64,000 nucleotides of DNA from Verrucomicrobiota bacterium (GTDB lineage: Bacteria; Chlamydiota; Chlamydiia; Chlamydiales; SM23-39): the NCBI GenBank assembly GCA_028873375.1, contig JAGWKU010000001.1, positions 11,763 to 75,762 on the forward strand, written 5' to 3'. The notes beneath the pieces were generated by a model. The model did no database searches. It was not told the origin of the DNA and saw nothing but the letters and a program-made list of their open reading frames with translations. Shown piece after piece: positions 63,696 to 64,000 of this stretch. Positions within the stretch are counted from its first letter, which is position 1, and every line of letters begins with the position of its first letter. The position numbers and the translations under genes were made by a program.

Positions 63696-64000
63696 ATGCG
63701 GAACGTTACACTTCTTGTTGCCTCTCTCCTGATCGGATTGGGAGTTTTTTGGTCTTGGATTTACTTCCCTGGTTTTCGATCGAAAGTCGAAGACTTGCTG
63801 AGCTCGGGCACTTTTCAAACGCTCGAAGTGAGGTATTCGGCCGAGGCGATCATGGATGCTCATCGCAAGGAATTGTTGAAGGACGGCGACCATGTCTTTT
63901 TGGAGCCGAACTTGAAGTTTGTTCCTTATTTGCTGATGGAAGTGAAGTACAATCGGACGCAGGATAAGACGGGAGAAGGGGTTATTTTGTGGGGTCTTGT
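63696..64000 (+). CDS. hypothetical membrane-anchored protein, 5' part (runs off the right edge)
   Basis: Open frame from ATG 63696 (MRNVTLLVASLLIGLGVFWSWIYFPGFRSKVEDLLSSG...) to the window end; absent from the ORF track because it has no stop in the window. Confidence 0.65.
   Translation, partial: MRNVTLLVASLLIGLGVFWSWIYFPGFRSKVEDLLSSGTFQTLEVRYSAEAIMDAHRKELLKDGDHVFLEPNLKFVPYLLMEVKYNRTQDKTGEGVILWGL

Noticed and set aside
1-64000. CRISPR array
   Set aside because: The eight 21-23 nt palindromes are kilobases apart except for one pair; there are no regularly spaced direct repeats with spacers and no cas-like ORFs.

Overview
The window looks like an ordinary, mostly vertically inherited chromosomal segment of a Chlamydiae bacterium, probably an environmental, Waddlia- or Parachlamydia-like member (inferred from protein resemblance). 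No prophage, intact transposase, CRISPR array or recognisable defence island was found. Main blocks: tandem MOMP-like barrel genes and a porin; an MFS/LplT-like gene; recC-recB-recD; rpsT; a CoiA-like gene; the primary sigma factor; tRNA-Ala(GGC); aspC; mreC; two tandem TagF-like genes; mutY; a GT4 fusion protein; a minimal type II secretion cluster (D, E, F, G and a pseudopilin) followed by an 876-aa MORN-variant protein; rsmD, VWA and TPR genes; a Tol-Pal/LysM/murI/response-regulator cluster; tatD; sdhCAB; transporters; a mnmG/lplA-region cluster; a 29-aa COX24-like basic protein; dnaB; and tRNA-Ser(GCT). The most interesting signals are non-coding. (1) A family of near-identical 21-23 nt perfect palindromes (AAATGTAAAGC-N-GCTTTACATTT) occurs at eight sites, two of them in frame inside recC and the secretin gene. 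(2) A 181-bp nested inverted-repeat element sits upstream of recC. (3) A 275-bp GC-rich element with terminal inverted repeats and 20- and 15-bp perfect hairpins lies between the MORN gene and rsmD. (4) A roughly 170-nt rod-like, 6S-like RNA candidate with a terminal T-run lies between sdhB and an amino-acid permease gene. All functional assignments come from reading the sequence by eye, without database searches.
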